A DNA stretch of 63,895 bases, the filler included, from Octopus bimaculoides (taxonomy: Eukaryota), in assembly GCF_001194135.2 (NCBI RefSeq). It is 6 parts of 6 records of this genome, joined end to end, with 100 filler letters (N's around TTAATTAATTAA, not from the genome) between each part and the next. Parts side by side here need not be neighbours in the genome. Positions count along the whole stretch, not along the records: positions 1 to 16,987 come from NC_068996.1; positions 17,088 to 23,246 come from NC_068982.1; positions 23,347 to 43,674 come from NC_069002.1; 3 more parts are not named here. One strand, 5' to 3'. Of the stretch, positions 13,949-25,795 are shown in pieces. Made by a program: the position numbers and the translations under genes. The notes under the pieces are model-generated. The model saw nothing but the letters and a program-made list of their open reading frames with translations. It was not told the DNA's origin and ran no database searches. Within the stretch, counting starts at the first letter, position 1; each line of letters opens with the position of its first letter.

Positions 13949-15540
13949 CAGTGGGGGGAAATAAATATTCGTACATGTCAAAATTTTTTATTTAATTAAT
14001 TTCTAATGAACATAAATGTGATATACCAATACTATATTTGCATACAAATGCATAAACTAAGAATATTCAAAAGAAACTAATAAATTATAGTAACTAATGA
14101 ATTTATGTACAATTATAAATATTTAGGGGTGAAAAAAGTATTCGTACAGAATAAAATTATGATTTTCTATCCCTCAAGATACTGTTAAAATAATTTTTTT
14201 TACTAGAACTTTCTCGTTTGTTCCAATAATCTTATCAGTAGACATTTGTAAGTGTCAAAACGCTAGCTTCTTCACTCAGCACTGAGACAACCTAAAGTAG
14301 TGTCGTAATAATGGCGAAAAGTAAAAAACTCACAAATTCAGTGAAAAAATTATCGAATAGTGGAAAGCAGGTAAAAGTTACAAGAAAATATCAGAGACCC
14401 TTTGTATTCCATTTTCTACCATATCTTCATTTATTCAAAGGTATAAAAATTCGAGAACTGTTGAAAACAGAATAAGATCTGGTGCACCACGCAAGATTTC
14501 GCCTTTAAGAAAAATGAAGCGAAGAATCGAAAAAAGCGCAATGATCACCGGAAAAGAGTTGCAAGAAGATTCGTTAGCTTCAGGGACTAGTGTTACACTA
14601 TGAACAAACAGCAATGAACTTCATAGGAATGAACTGAAGTTACGCTCTCCTAGAAAAACTCTGCTGTTGACTAAAAGGCATAGAGATGCTCATTTAAAAT
14701 TTGTCTATGAACATAAAGATAAATCTGATACATTCTAGGAAAATGTTCTATGGACAGACGAGTCGAAAATTGAATTGTTTGGACGAAATTCACGTAACCA
14801 TGCTTGGAGGAAAGAAGGTATTGCCTATTCGCCGAAAATCACAATTCCTACCATAAAGTTTGGAGGTGGCAACATCATGGTGTAAGGGTGTTTCTCTGCA
14901 AATGGCACTGGCAATTTACATGTGATAGATGGTAGAATGAATGCAGAGATGTACCAAAATATTTTGAACAATAATTTATGGGATTCTGCGGAAAAGCTCC
15001 AGCTTTGTGAAGGGTGGGCTTTACGACAGAATAACGACCCTAAGCACATGGCAAAGTCTACCAAAAAATGGATTGTCGATCACAATATAAAATTATTAGA
15101 ATGGCCAAGCCAGTCACCTGACTTGAACCCCATTGAAAATTTGTGGCGTTACTTGAAAATTAAAACTCATTCAGGAGCCCCAATGTGCATTCCAGATTTG
15201 AAGAAAATTTGTCAAGAAGAATGGGAAAAAAATTCCTAAAGAAACATGCGAGTCATTGATTAAGAACTACAAGAAGAGATTGGTTGAAGTGGAACTGAAT
15301 AATAGTTATGCTACGAAGTATTAAATCAGAATTATCAGTTATTTACGTTCTGTATGAATACTTTTTTCACCCCTAAATATTTATATTTGTATATAAATTC
15401 ATTAGTTACTATAATTTATTAGTTTCTTTTGCATATTCTGTGCAATGCAAATATAGTATTGGTATATCCCATTTATGTTCATTAAAAATTAAATAAATAA
15501 AGAATTTTGACATGTACGAATATTTATTTCCCCCCCACTG
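13949..15540 (+). mobile_element. Full-length Tc1 element (DD34E) with about 200-bp TIRs and TA TSD
   Basis: TA|cagtggggggaaataaatattcgtacatgtcaaaa at the left and ttttgacatgtacgaatatttatttccccccactg|TA at the right. TIRs are at about 13949-14151 and 15348-15540. Confidence 0.95.
14311..15324 (+). pseudogene. Tc1 transposase pseudogene
   Basis: ATG at 14311. Motifs WTDESKIELFG, KFGGGNIMV, RQNNDPKH (second catalytic D changed to N) and WPSQSPDLNPIENLW. Frameshifts and stops are present. Confidence 0.9.
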
Positions 15541-15769
15541 TATATGAACTTATGCTTCTGTGTATGTATCTGTCTGTCTTAGAACCTGCCTGCCTTTCGA
15601 GCAATTTCTTTATCCATCTCTGTGTGTGTACATAGTCGTGCAAACATACATGCGTATACACACGCTCATTGAATATTTGTAAGTATATACACTATGGTGT
15701 TTCCGGTTTGGGATTAGTGATTATGCACATAATCAAGAATTTATAAGCTGTGTTCATTTTCCATCATTA

Positions 15770-15798
15770 TAACCACCACCACCACCACCACCACCACC

Positions 15799-15830
<32 letters not shown>

Positions 15831-15950
15831 CAACAACACCACCACCACCATCATTATCATCATCGTCATCATTGTCGTCGTCTTCATCATTATCGTTATT
15901 ATCATCGCCAACAACTCTAATAACAACAATCAGGATTGCAATAATGATCG
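15770..15950. repeat. Compound trinucleotide repeat (ACC/AAC/ATC/AAT)
   Basis: Seen directly. Confidence 0.9.
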
Positions 15951-15960
15951 TAATAACAAT

Positions 15961-16510
15961 TCTTTCTGGTTTGGTAGAAAATCAACAGTTTTGAGGGGAG
16001 AAGTGAGTCGATTCTATCGACACCAGTACCTGACTGGTACATTATTTTTTCGTCTACAGCAGCGGTAAGAGTCAAAGAGCTAACATCAGCGGGATGTGAA
16101 CTCAGAAGCCGAGGAGCCGCATTTTCCGTTGCTCAAACAATTCTGAAGCTCTCCACATCTTTATGGTGGTCTTTGGTTTAGACATAATCCTTTCTGCTAA
16201 AGACACAAGGCCTGAAATTTTGGGGCAGAGGATGAATCGATTACATCGACCCCAGTGTTTCACTGCTACTTAATTTATTGGCCATGAAAGGATGAAAGGC
16301 AAAGTCGATTTCGGTAGAATTTGAAGTCAGATCGGAAAGACGGACGAAATGCCGCTAAGCATTTCCCCCGTCATGCTAATGATTCTGCCAGCTCGCCGCC
16401 TTATCTGGTTTAGACATAATGCCAACAATTTCGAGGTAAGGAGGTTGTCGATACCATTCACTCCAGCATGTGACCGGTTGGGTTGAAAAGAAAGGTTAAC
16501 TTCAGCAAGT
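15961..16510 (-). mobile_element. Three adjacent family B SINE copies (about 15961-16162, 16185-16403 and a partial 16404-16510)
   Basis: The middle copy is a clear reverse complement of the 61145-61345 type (cgattacatcgaccccagtg...gaaaggatgaaaggcaaagtcga...gacggacgaaatgccgctaagcatttc...gctaatgattctgccagc). The flanking copies are more decayed. Confidence 0.75.
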
Positions 16511-16544
16511 AATAAAAGCGACAGTAACAACAACAACAACAATA

Positions 16545-16805
16545 ACTATGATAATGATTGAGAAATATCGTGATCTAGCTAGAACGCCGAAGAGATTGTT
16601 GAAGACTAGAATAAAAATTATTCGTGTGGTAATTGGTGCACTTCGCACAACACAAAATACTGCCGAAAAAAATGATAATCAAATGGAAACTTACATTGTC
16701 CACTTGCAGAAAGATACCATTCTATACTCTGTAAGAATCATAAGAAAGATTCTTGAGAATTGAGGAGACCCGTTGTCACCAAATCTCGAGATAAAATACC
16801 TAACT
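16545..16805 (+). mobile_element. 3' end of an R4/Dong-like RLE LINE
   Basis: EKYRDLARTPKRLLKTRIKIIRVVIGALRT...LQKDTILYSVRIIRKILE matches the RLE C-terminal EKY.DLA...V.PVVIGALG...LQK pattern. It is followed by an (AAT)n tail. Confidence 0.75.
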
Positions 16806-16807
16806 CC

Positions 16808-16823
16808 TATAATAATAATAATA

Positions 16824-16916
<93 letters not shown>

Positions 16917-16945
16917 ATAATAATAATAATGATAATAATAATAAT
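16808..16945. repeat. Compound (AAT)n(GAT)n(ACT)n(AAT)n microsatellite
   Basis: Seen directly. Confidence 0.95.
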
Positions 16946-17094
16946 CACTGAAAGAACATATACATTCCTAGAAGAAAACAACCTACTNNNNNNNNNNNNN
17001 NNNNNNNNNNNNNNNNNNNNNNNNNNNNNNNTTAATTAATTAANNNNNNNNNNNNNNNNNNNNNNNNNNNNNNNNNNNNNNNNNNNNTGATGTT

Positions 17095-17310
17095 TTGGTC
17101 CAGATTTGTCAGGACCTCTTCTATGCGTCTGAGGCTGTCCTCAAATTTACCTTCCTGCTTTGCGGTATTTGGTGGACGGTATGTTGAGCATACAACTACA
17201 TCAATTTGTTTTATGTGTACTATTAAAGTATCACATACAGAGTTTGAGTGTGATAGTAGTAGTAGGGGTGTGACATCTTCTCGGATGTATATTGCAACTC
17301 CCCCATGACT
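17095..17310 (-). mobile_element. APE endonuclease fragment of a CR1/L2-like LINE
   Basis: Minus-strand translation GGVAIYIREDVT...VVVCSTYRPPNT...FEDSLRRIEEVL contains the GGVAIY and YRPP APE motifs. Confidence 0.75.
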
Positions 17311-17963
17311 TCTATCCCTTCTGTCTGTTCGGAGTACGGCATACTCTGGTATATTTATCTCCGCATCTGCTATATTAGGTGTTAGATATATGTATAATTC
17401 AAATATATTGACAAACTAGCTTTAAGGCCGCCCAATATTTTTCAAGGAATGATCAATGTTCATCAAAACAATGATATAATTTCTCGACTTGGAACTTAAT
17501 GCAAAGCTGCATGATAAACAACAATTTTCCTCTTTCCTTTCAGTGGTCAGTACAATTTGTTTTCTGTTTAACTGCTTTGTTTCTCTCTGTTTCTGTTGAT
17601 TATTTTCANNNNNNNNNNNNNNNNNNNNNNNNNNNNNNNNNNNNNNNNNNNNNNNNNNNNNNNNNNNNNNNNNNNNNNNNNNNNNNNNNNNNNNNNNNNN
17701 NNNNNNNNNNNNNNNNNNNNNNNNNNNNNNNCAATGAATAGCGAGAGAGGGGGGGGCGAAGTGTGACACACTGACACAAAAAGTAATTTTCGCATATGAT
17801 ATCCACAAATTCGCTAACAATAATATTTTCTTTTATTTTCAGGTGAATTACAATCTGACGTGAACGCATGGCAATCCAACATGGCCGCTAACCCACAGCA
17901 ATGCAGCTACGACTGTTTTTTTTGTGAACACTCTATATGTAAATATTCGTACATGTACACACA

Positions 17964-18003
<40 letters not shown>

Positions 18004-20399
18004 GGAATAGTCAAGAGGTTTCATACGTGTAAGTTATCTAAAAACAAATTAAATTCTTCCAGAAGAGGATTTACAATTTTATCAAAATATACTACTAGTT
18101 TCAGTCTCTTAAAACGACGTATTTTTTAAACTTTTAGTAATGGTGAAGCACAAGAGAAAATAAATTGAAACTAATTAAATTAATTTAATCATTCATGTTT
18201 TCAGTTCTGCATGTTCAGTTGTTTTTCTTACAAAAAGCACATGATGCTGAAATTGTGTTTACTTCCGATTGTTTCTGAGTCGTACTAAGCATACTAACAG
18301 GAGTGACTGTTAGTAGTAGTGGTGATAGCAACAGCAGCAGTAGCAGCAGTAGCAGCGGAGCCTATTAGTGGTGCAGCAGTAGTTATGATGTCAGTGTCCA
18401 TAGTAGATGAGGTGTTATTATAATTAGTTGTAGTATTTGAAGTGATGGCATCAGCAAAAGTTCCAGTAGAGTTGTCGGTTGATGTCCCCTTTTGTCTTCC
18501 TGAAGTATTTGAAAGTGGTCGGTACTTGTGTATATGAGTTGTTCCTTTGCTGATGCAGCACTACCGTTTTGTGTAATCGCTGAATTAATATACATTTTCC
18601 CTTGTATATCTATTTTTTTACGTTACCTGTCTCAATACATTCACTGACGCCATTTTGAAGATATTCCTGTATTTTGATATACAGTCTTGTAGAGAAACGT
18701 TTTGCTTCCACGATCATCATATATACAGACACACATATACATTCGGACGCACATATATAGTGTATACACACAGATCTCTATATATTTATATACATATAAT
18801 ATATGTATGCACGTATATATTTATAGGCACATATATGTGTATGTGTGTGTGTTCGTATTATTTTCACTTTTAGTGCTAGCTAGTGTTTGCTATCTGAGCT
18901 ACGCGGAGATAATATTTTGGTAGTTTCAATAGAGTGTGAAGAGAATGGGTAAGTGGGGGAAAATAAGTAATTTATGATATCTCATTATTTTTCTCACTGT
19001 CAGTTAAAACCATTATATTGCAAGTATTGCATCATCATTTTGTACTGTTGCATCATCTCTGATGGTTAAAATAGTTGTTGTTGAAGTTGAGAGAATTTGA
19101 AAAAGGTTACAAGTACTTTTTTTCCAGAATTTTATTCCTCAACTTCGATCTGATTGCAATTGAGGTTGCTTATAAAATATCTGGATAACATTTCGTGTTC
19201 AACAGTCAGTATTTTTTTTTTCTGTTGGATTCCAAATCAACTTTTTCCTACACTAATGTCCCATTTGATAATTTTCAAATATCAAGAAATACGGAGCAAA
19301 ATCACTATTGGCTAATTTCAGTATTTTCTTCTCTTTAACTGCAGGGTGCGTAAATATATCATTAAAAGAGCCACTCCAGAAGATAGCGAAGAAGCTATAG
19401 GGAATATTTTATGTTGGGATGCAGTAGTAGTAATGATGTTAATTTAGTCGAGTTTCATTAATTTCATATCATGTTGCCTTTTTCCACGATCCTCTTTCAA
19501 TTTAACCAAGATATTTTAAATTTTACTGTATTTCTCATCTTTCTGATGTTTAAGGATGGATATTGATCAGTATGAGTCCTTTCCCATGTGTAATTCTGGA
19601 GAATTGAAGAGGGAATTTATCTTGTCAACTTAATGTGACAGTCCCTTGAAGGGAATAATACTACTGTTGGTTAGACCTAGGAAGCTGCACCGCTTCCTGT
19701 CGGCCTTGACACATTTCTTTGTTTACAAGGGGGAGACAAGCACCTCCACCCAGCTAAGCCTNNNNNNNNNNNNNNNNNNNNNNNNNNNNNNNNNNNNNNN
19801 NNNNNNNNNNNNNNNNNNNNNNNNNNNNNNNNNNNNNNNNNNNNNNNNNNNNNNNNNNNNNNNNNNNNNNNNNNNNNNNNNNATCAGTCTGGAGTAGCAT
19901 GACTTATTCTCTTTATTACGATAAAAATTATCTTACATAGATGGGACAATACAGGACACTACAAACATAGAAATGTGTCAAGGCCGACAGGAAGTGGTGC
20001 AGCTTCCTAGGTCTAACCAACAGTAGTATTATTCCCTTCAGGGGACTGTCACATTAAGTTGACAGCATAACTACTTTATCGTATCACTACTGCATAAATC
20101 TCTCTGAGAAATTTAGAAATGTATTATTTCTGAATTTATCTTATCTTGTCTTGGGCATTTTGCTCCAGCTAAATTTGTCTTTGTATTCTCAAGGAAATAG
20201 TGTTCAGATTTTGTTATAGTGATTTTAATGCATCTTGAGGTTATTTGCTTTGCTGCCATAGTTCTTGTACGGCAATGAACATTTGTAATAAAAAAATGTT
20301 TTTTCTCAAATTTAAAAAATGTAGTAAACATTACTCATTGTTCTTGACTCCAAAGAATTGCTTTTGCCTAAAAGTATCACAACAAAGCCTGTTCCTGAA

Positions 20400-21330
20400 A
20401 GTGATAATTTACGGTTTTTAAAAGACAAAGACGTAACAAGAATTGTCTAAACCGAGACAAAATGACTATTGACTAGTTTCAATACTTCCTTCTCTTTAAT
20501 TGTATGGTGCTTAAGTATATGATGAAGAGAGCCAATGATACATTCTTCTTAAGTCGTTCCAAGAGGATGAGCAGTTTGGTAATAAATGCAAGCATATACA
20601 AATATATCCGAAAGGGATTTGACATTAATGATTTGTTATTTAATATATGTAATGGTAGGAAACAATAATTTCAAACGAGTTGTGCATGTTGGCAGTATAC
20701 GTCTAAACGAGATGTTTTCTCAAGACAGAATACTGCTGCATTCTGTCATGGAGAACAAATTCTCGCTGTACACAAACAGGTGTAAACACATCAACTCATT
20801 GTGAAGTGTTCCCGACCCAGATAAATGAATGTATGGAATTCAGAGTAGTTATCGCCTCTTTATCGACGCTAGAAAGGGACGAGCTACGAACTGACAACGT
20901 GAGATCATTACTCTAACTGAAATATACGAGAGATCTCCCTTATATTGCAGTCAGAATACTCTGATGAGTTGTGCTAATCGGCTGCTCGGCTTCAATGGAA
21001 AATAAATTAGAAGCGTTAAGTAATGATGCTTACAAATAGAAACTTGTTAACATTTCAAATATGTCAAAAACATAGTCGAACCCATAAGAGAGCCATTCGA
21101 TGTATTTTGACACGGACAAACATTCGCGCCGTAGAAAAATATGTATAAACACTCCAAGTCTGTTCGAAATGCACCCTACCTCCAAAATCAGTGGATGCAT
21201 AATTTTCTTGATTTCAGAGTAGCTATCTCCTTGTCAGTATCGAATACTACAATTTACAGCCTTCTAACTGACTCATCTACAGCGATGTTTCTTCTCCATT
21301 ACAAAAAATACAGCAACAAATTTTCTTATG
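20400..21330 (-). mobile_element. Very old hAT-like (SPIN/GTF2IRD2-type) transposase remnant
   Basis: Scattered colinear minus-strand motifs: IAVDESV (ALDESTD-like), TSNGSLMG (TDGA..M.G-like), THQSIL (HCIIHQ-like), AFITKLLILLERL (AF..KL.L-like). Each motif is weak alone. Confidence 0.4.
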
Positions 21331-21528
21331 GGTTTGAATATGTCTTAAACATATTTGAACTGGTAATAACTTTATAAAATTATACATATGACGATAATAC
21401 ATGATAAAATATTTAGGTGGCGTTCAGCTTAGCTCTGAAATTGTTTAGTTACCTAAATGAAGTACTTCAGTTGTATTAGAACTACCATATGCAAACACAG
21501 ATAGATGCATACATACGTACACACTACG

Positions 21529-21563
<35 letters not shown>

Positions 21564-21959
21564 GGACATATGTATAGGTTTATATATACGTACACTTGTT
21601 TATTTATACGCTAAGAAGAGTACACACACACATATATGTATGTGTGTGTGTGTGTGTCTGTGTCTGTATAGATTCCTACCTACATATTTATCATTCTTTG
21701 TATGCATATGTGAGTTCTGATGCAACTGAGTTACAGAGTCGTGGTAATTTTTTATACATCTTGAAGGATTGCAAAGTTAAATTGAACATCTCCGTACCTT
21801 TTTTATCACAATTTACTCTATACTAACATTCGTCATCCTCTGGCTATATGCAACAGGTTATTCGGAAAACAGTCATTCTTTCATTGGCTCAAATTCTTTT
21901 GGAGTTACATCAATATTAAAGAAAAATAAGATTAACATTTTCGGCAGTAGGAACTTTTG

Positions 21960-22500
21960 TGCATGAAATATACTTGACCAGGCATGCGTGGTTCGATTTG
22001 TTTATATTGGCAGGTCCCTCTCGAGGGATCAGTACACATATTTAGGAAAATACGTAACGCTGGAAATGCCTTTGATTGGGTGTTGGAGACTAGAGAAACA
22101 ACTGTGGTTAGACAGGGACTTGAAGTCTCCCTCCAGCATTAAATGTATGATGCTCGGTCATTATGCCTTGGCTACACTCAAAGGCGACATGGGTTCCGTT
22201 TGGTACACACATAAAATTCTCGAAAGATGTGATCAGAAGCGTTTCAGACATATATGAGGAAAGGCTTGAAAAAAATTAGAGTTGACACATAAGTGCTCGA
22301 AAAGGCAAGCATTGTAAGTGTTAAAGTTCGCTCATAAATTGTGTCATTTGCCCTTGTGATTTCAGGATTCCGAACAAATCTATTACTTTGTGGAGTAGTT
22401 CTTAATACGAGGAACAAATCATAAAAAAAAGAAAGAAAAAGTAACGAAATTGCTTCATAAAATACATTCTCCACACCATGGAAACCGTGATTGTTCATTG
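21960..22500 (+). mobile_element. RTE-clade LINE RT C-terminal fragment
   Basis: FVYIGRSLSRD, RLEKQLWLDRDLK, ILERCDQKRFRHI, VLEKASI and DFRIPNK resemble RTE post-RT motifs. Confidence 0.65.
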
Positions 22501-23346
22501 GGAAGTTAATGGGTAATCTAGGAACAATGACTTGCAACTTCGGAATTTCTCAATTGCGCATCAAATTCTAAAACGCGATGCAGAAAACTTCAGTCTTTTG
22601 ACGTTCTACATGGTTGTGAGTTCAGAGATAACGGGCGCAACAGCCTGTGGTATCACAGTACTTTTATTATCTGGATTTTTCTCATTAAAATTCACACGGA
22701 AGATCAACACGGTATGCCTATATGTATAGAGCTCCAACGTCTATTGCGCAGCACTCCTGTCCTCTATGTCCAGAGGTGAACTCATTTAGAGCTGGAGTGA
22801 AAATATATCTTGTACAAAGAACGAACTGCTGTTCGTGTTGTCTTTGAGGAGATTGTTATAAGACTATTATAAGCATATGCCTTCAAGAGGAAAGTGATTA
22901 TGTTCGAAATCTATCTATCGATCTATCTATCTATCTATCTATCTGTTTATGTATATCTATCTGTTTATGTATATCTATCTTTTTATCTACCTATCTATTA
23001 CTTTATTAATGTATCTACCTACTTACATATGCACACATGGTATTATTGGATGGATACATATTAACGTATGTTTGATTTAATTCCTCCTTTTCTTATTCTT
23101 AGTAGATTGACGAAAACGTGTATGCATTACACGACCCCCAAATTAATTCAGTGCACATATGAAATGGTCGAAACTCTCTGATATTTTAATATCCATCTAT
23201 TTGGAGAATAGTACATAGAGGAATAGCCATTTGCTTCCGTACATTCNNNNNNNNNNNNNNNNNNNNNNNNNNNNNNNNNNNNNNNNNNNNTTAATTAATT
23301 AANNNNNNNNNNNNNNNNNNNNNNNNNNNNNNNNNNNNNNNNNNNN

Positions 23347-23391
<45 letters not shown>

Positions 23392-23631
23392 TGTGCGCGT
23401 GTGTATGTGTGTGTGCTTTTTGTGTGTATGTGTGCGTGTGTGTGTATGTGTCGGTCTCTATACAGATATTCATATATGATGATATATAAGAACATCTGCA
23501 TATATATATACATGCACACACACTCAACATACACACACACGCACGCAAACACATGTATGTATATAAATAGATATAGGTACCTATACATTCTATACATATT
23601 CATATATTGCATATATACATATATATATGCG

Positions 23632-23668
<37 letters not shown>

Positions 23669-24339
23669 TGTGTGTGTGCATACTGTAACTCGTAATAAAG
23701 ATTGCTAAACTCTTCGTTTTATATGGATTATATATATATACACATGCATACATACATACATACATACATATACATGCATACACACACAAACTTATGTATA
23801 TATACACAATCACACACACACATGTGTAATTATATATATATGAACCCAAATATACATACATACATTCNNNNNNNNNNNNNNNNNNNNNNNNNNNNNNNNN
23901 NNNNNNNNNNNNNNNNNNNNNNNNNNNNNNNNNNNNNNNNNNNNNNNNNNNNNNNNNNNNNNNNNNNNNNNNNNNNNNNNNNNNNNNNNNNNNNNNNNNN
24001 NNNNNNNNNNNNNNNNNNNNNNNNNNNNNNNNNNNNNNNNNNNNNNNNNNNNNNNNNNNNNNNNNNNNNNNNNNNNNNNNNNNNNNNNNNNNNNNNNNNN
24101 NNNNNNNNNNNNNNNNNNNNNNNNNNNNNNNNNNNNNNNNNNNNNNNNNNNNNNNNNNNNNNNNNNNNNNNNNNNNNNNNNNNNNNNNNNNNNNNNNNNN
24201 NATTATTATTATTGCTGGAAAAGGAAATCACTAAAAGAATGTCTCTTCAAGCAACAACATGGCGGCCGATACTTCTAGCGGAAGCTGCGACTTATCGCTA
24301 CCGCTGTTGCTGCTACTGCTGCTAAGGACGACAATGATA

Positions 24340-24380
24340 GTGCCGCTGCTGCCGCTGCTACCACCACCACCACCACCACC

Positions 24381-24418
<38 letters not shown>

Positions 24419-24450
24419 AACTACTACTACTACTACTGCTACTACTGCAG
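24340..24450. repeat. Compound (GCC/ACC/ACT)n trinucleotide repeat
   Basis: Seen directly. Confidence 0.9.
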
Positions 24451-24971
24451 CTTCTGTTATTGCTGGCTGGGAAAAGTAAGTGAGCTACCGCAGATTGACG
24501 AGTAAATAAGCAATATATTTTATCTCCCGTTTTTCCATATCTAAGATCTAAAGTATATCTGAAAATAGTAAGGAAGATATATTTATAGATATATTTAAGG
24601 CAACAGACATTTGAATCTATGCCCACATATACTTATGCTCTTTAACTGTGAACTAGCTGCAAGTAGTTTGTTTGTATCTGTTTCTGAAAATATAATATAA
24701 TATAATGTAATATTATATATTATATTATAATACTATACAGGACAATAAATGCTTTCGGCAAAAACGAAAGATATAAATCTGTAAATGTATCCTATAACAT
24801 TTCAAAATGGCGAATTAATTAATATGATGGCGCTAGCGTAGATTATTAAATTAAGTGGAGGAAGATATCATATATAACTGGAATATGCTTAGACGTTTTA
24901 CGCTTGTCTTTCATGATAATCTATGAGGCGTGGTCTTGGGAGGTGTGGAACACAAATGCTGAATTTGTACT

Positions 24972-25240
24972 CATGAGGGGCGGTTGAAAAGTTCCTAGGC
25001 TGACCAAGATGCTTTCATGGAATGGGACCAAATCAGGTTTATTTTTCAACATTGTCCCCTTTGCGGCGGCACACTTCTTCCATCGGTGTTGAAGTGATTG
25101 CATCCCATTGGTGGAGAAGTTTTCATCCTGCTCGTCAGAAAAGTCTTTAACGGCAGAAATGACGTCATCGTCACTTTGATACCGGTTCCCAGACAAGCTG
25201 GTTGGGGAACCGTTGATAGTGAGATGGGGCCAAATGAGGA
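24972..25240 (-). mobile_element. 3' fragment of a mariner element (irritans-like) with terminal repeat
   Basis: LSGNRYQSDDDVISAVKDFSDEQDENFSTNGMQSLQHRWKKC is a mariner C-terminus. The end reads gaggggcggttgaaaagttcctagg on the plus strand. Confidence 0.75.
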
Positions 25241-25649
25241 GAATACGGATGATGATCAACCAGTTCACAGACAGTCACTTATCAAGGTTCATCTCTTCCT
25301 GGACAGGAACCTTTCGTCAATCAGCTATCTGAATTCGATGGGACATCTCTACAGATGAAATAGATGCTTTCTGACGTTAACTTCACAAACACGTCTTATC
25401 ATTCTTACTATCAAAGAAGCTGTGAAACAGTGAGGGGCTGTTCGAAACCTTTAACCTGTGGCTCCACTAAAAATCTTTAACCCCAGTGAACGTCTTAACC
25501 AAGGTTGAGTGGTTTGGAAGTTCGCTTCGCAACTTCGTGTTTTCGGATTCATTCCTACTGTGCAGCACTCTGGTCATGTGTTCAACTTAGCTCCGAGTCG
25601 ACCAATGGCTTGTGAATTAATCTGGTGGATGGAAACTGCTTGATGACTA

Positions 25650-25795
25650 ATTGTCTCCACCTTTTCTATCGAAGAGTGTTAGCTCGAAACGTCAAAGCCT
25701 TTTCCATTTGTTCTGAGCGTCAAAAAAATACACCTGCTTGTTGCTCCCTCACCCGTCTTTGTCTTGTTTTCTGTACTTTTGACACCCGCCGGATA
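25650..25795 (+). mobile_element. Short Penelope-like pLTR-derived repeat (family C) with decayed hammerhead-like motif
   Basis: gaagag....agctcgaaacgtcaaag.ctttt.c....t..gagcgtca...aatacacctgct...ccctcacc.gtcttt is shared with 47930-48070, and the tail is shared with 31095-31185. Confidence 0.6.

Noticed and set aside
17032-17043. TTAATTAATTAA islands inside N runs (also 23291-23302, 43719-43730, 49826-49837, 62816-62827)
   Set aside because: An identical palindromic 12-mer with stops in all six frames, centred in gaps of about 100 nt, is a scaffolding linker and not biology. Order and distance across these joins are uncertain.
18295-18560. Minus-strand Ser/Thr/Ala-rich open stretch
   Set aside because: Low-complexity and partly trinucleotide-derived, with no start, splice or homology evidence.
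19310-19445. Acceptor-like ttttcttctctttaactgcag followed by VRKYIIKRATPEDSEEA
   Set aside because: No convincing donor and an unrecognised peptide. Such sites are common in AT-rich DNA.
24259-24483. ORF MAADTSSG... with an aacATGGCGG start (also YY1-like)
   Set aside because: It runs straight into trinucleotide repeats. There is no homology or splice support, and the short motif is expected by chance.
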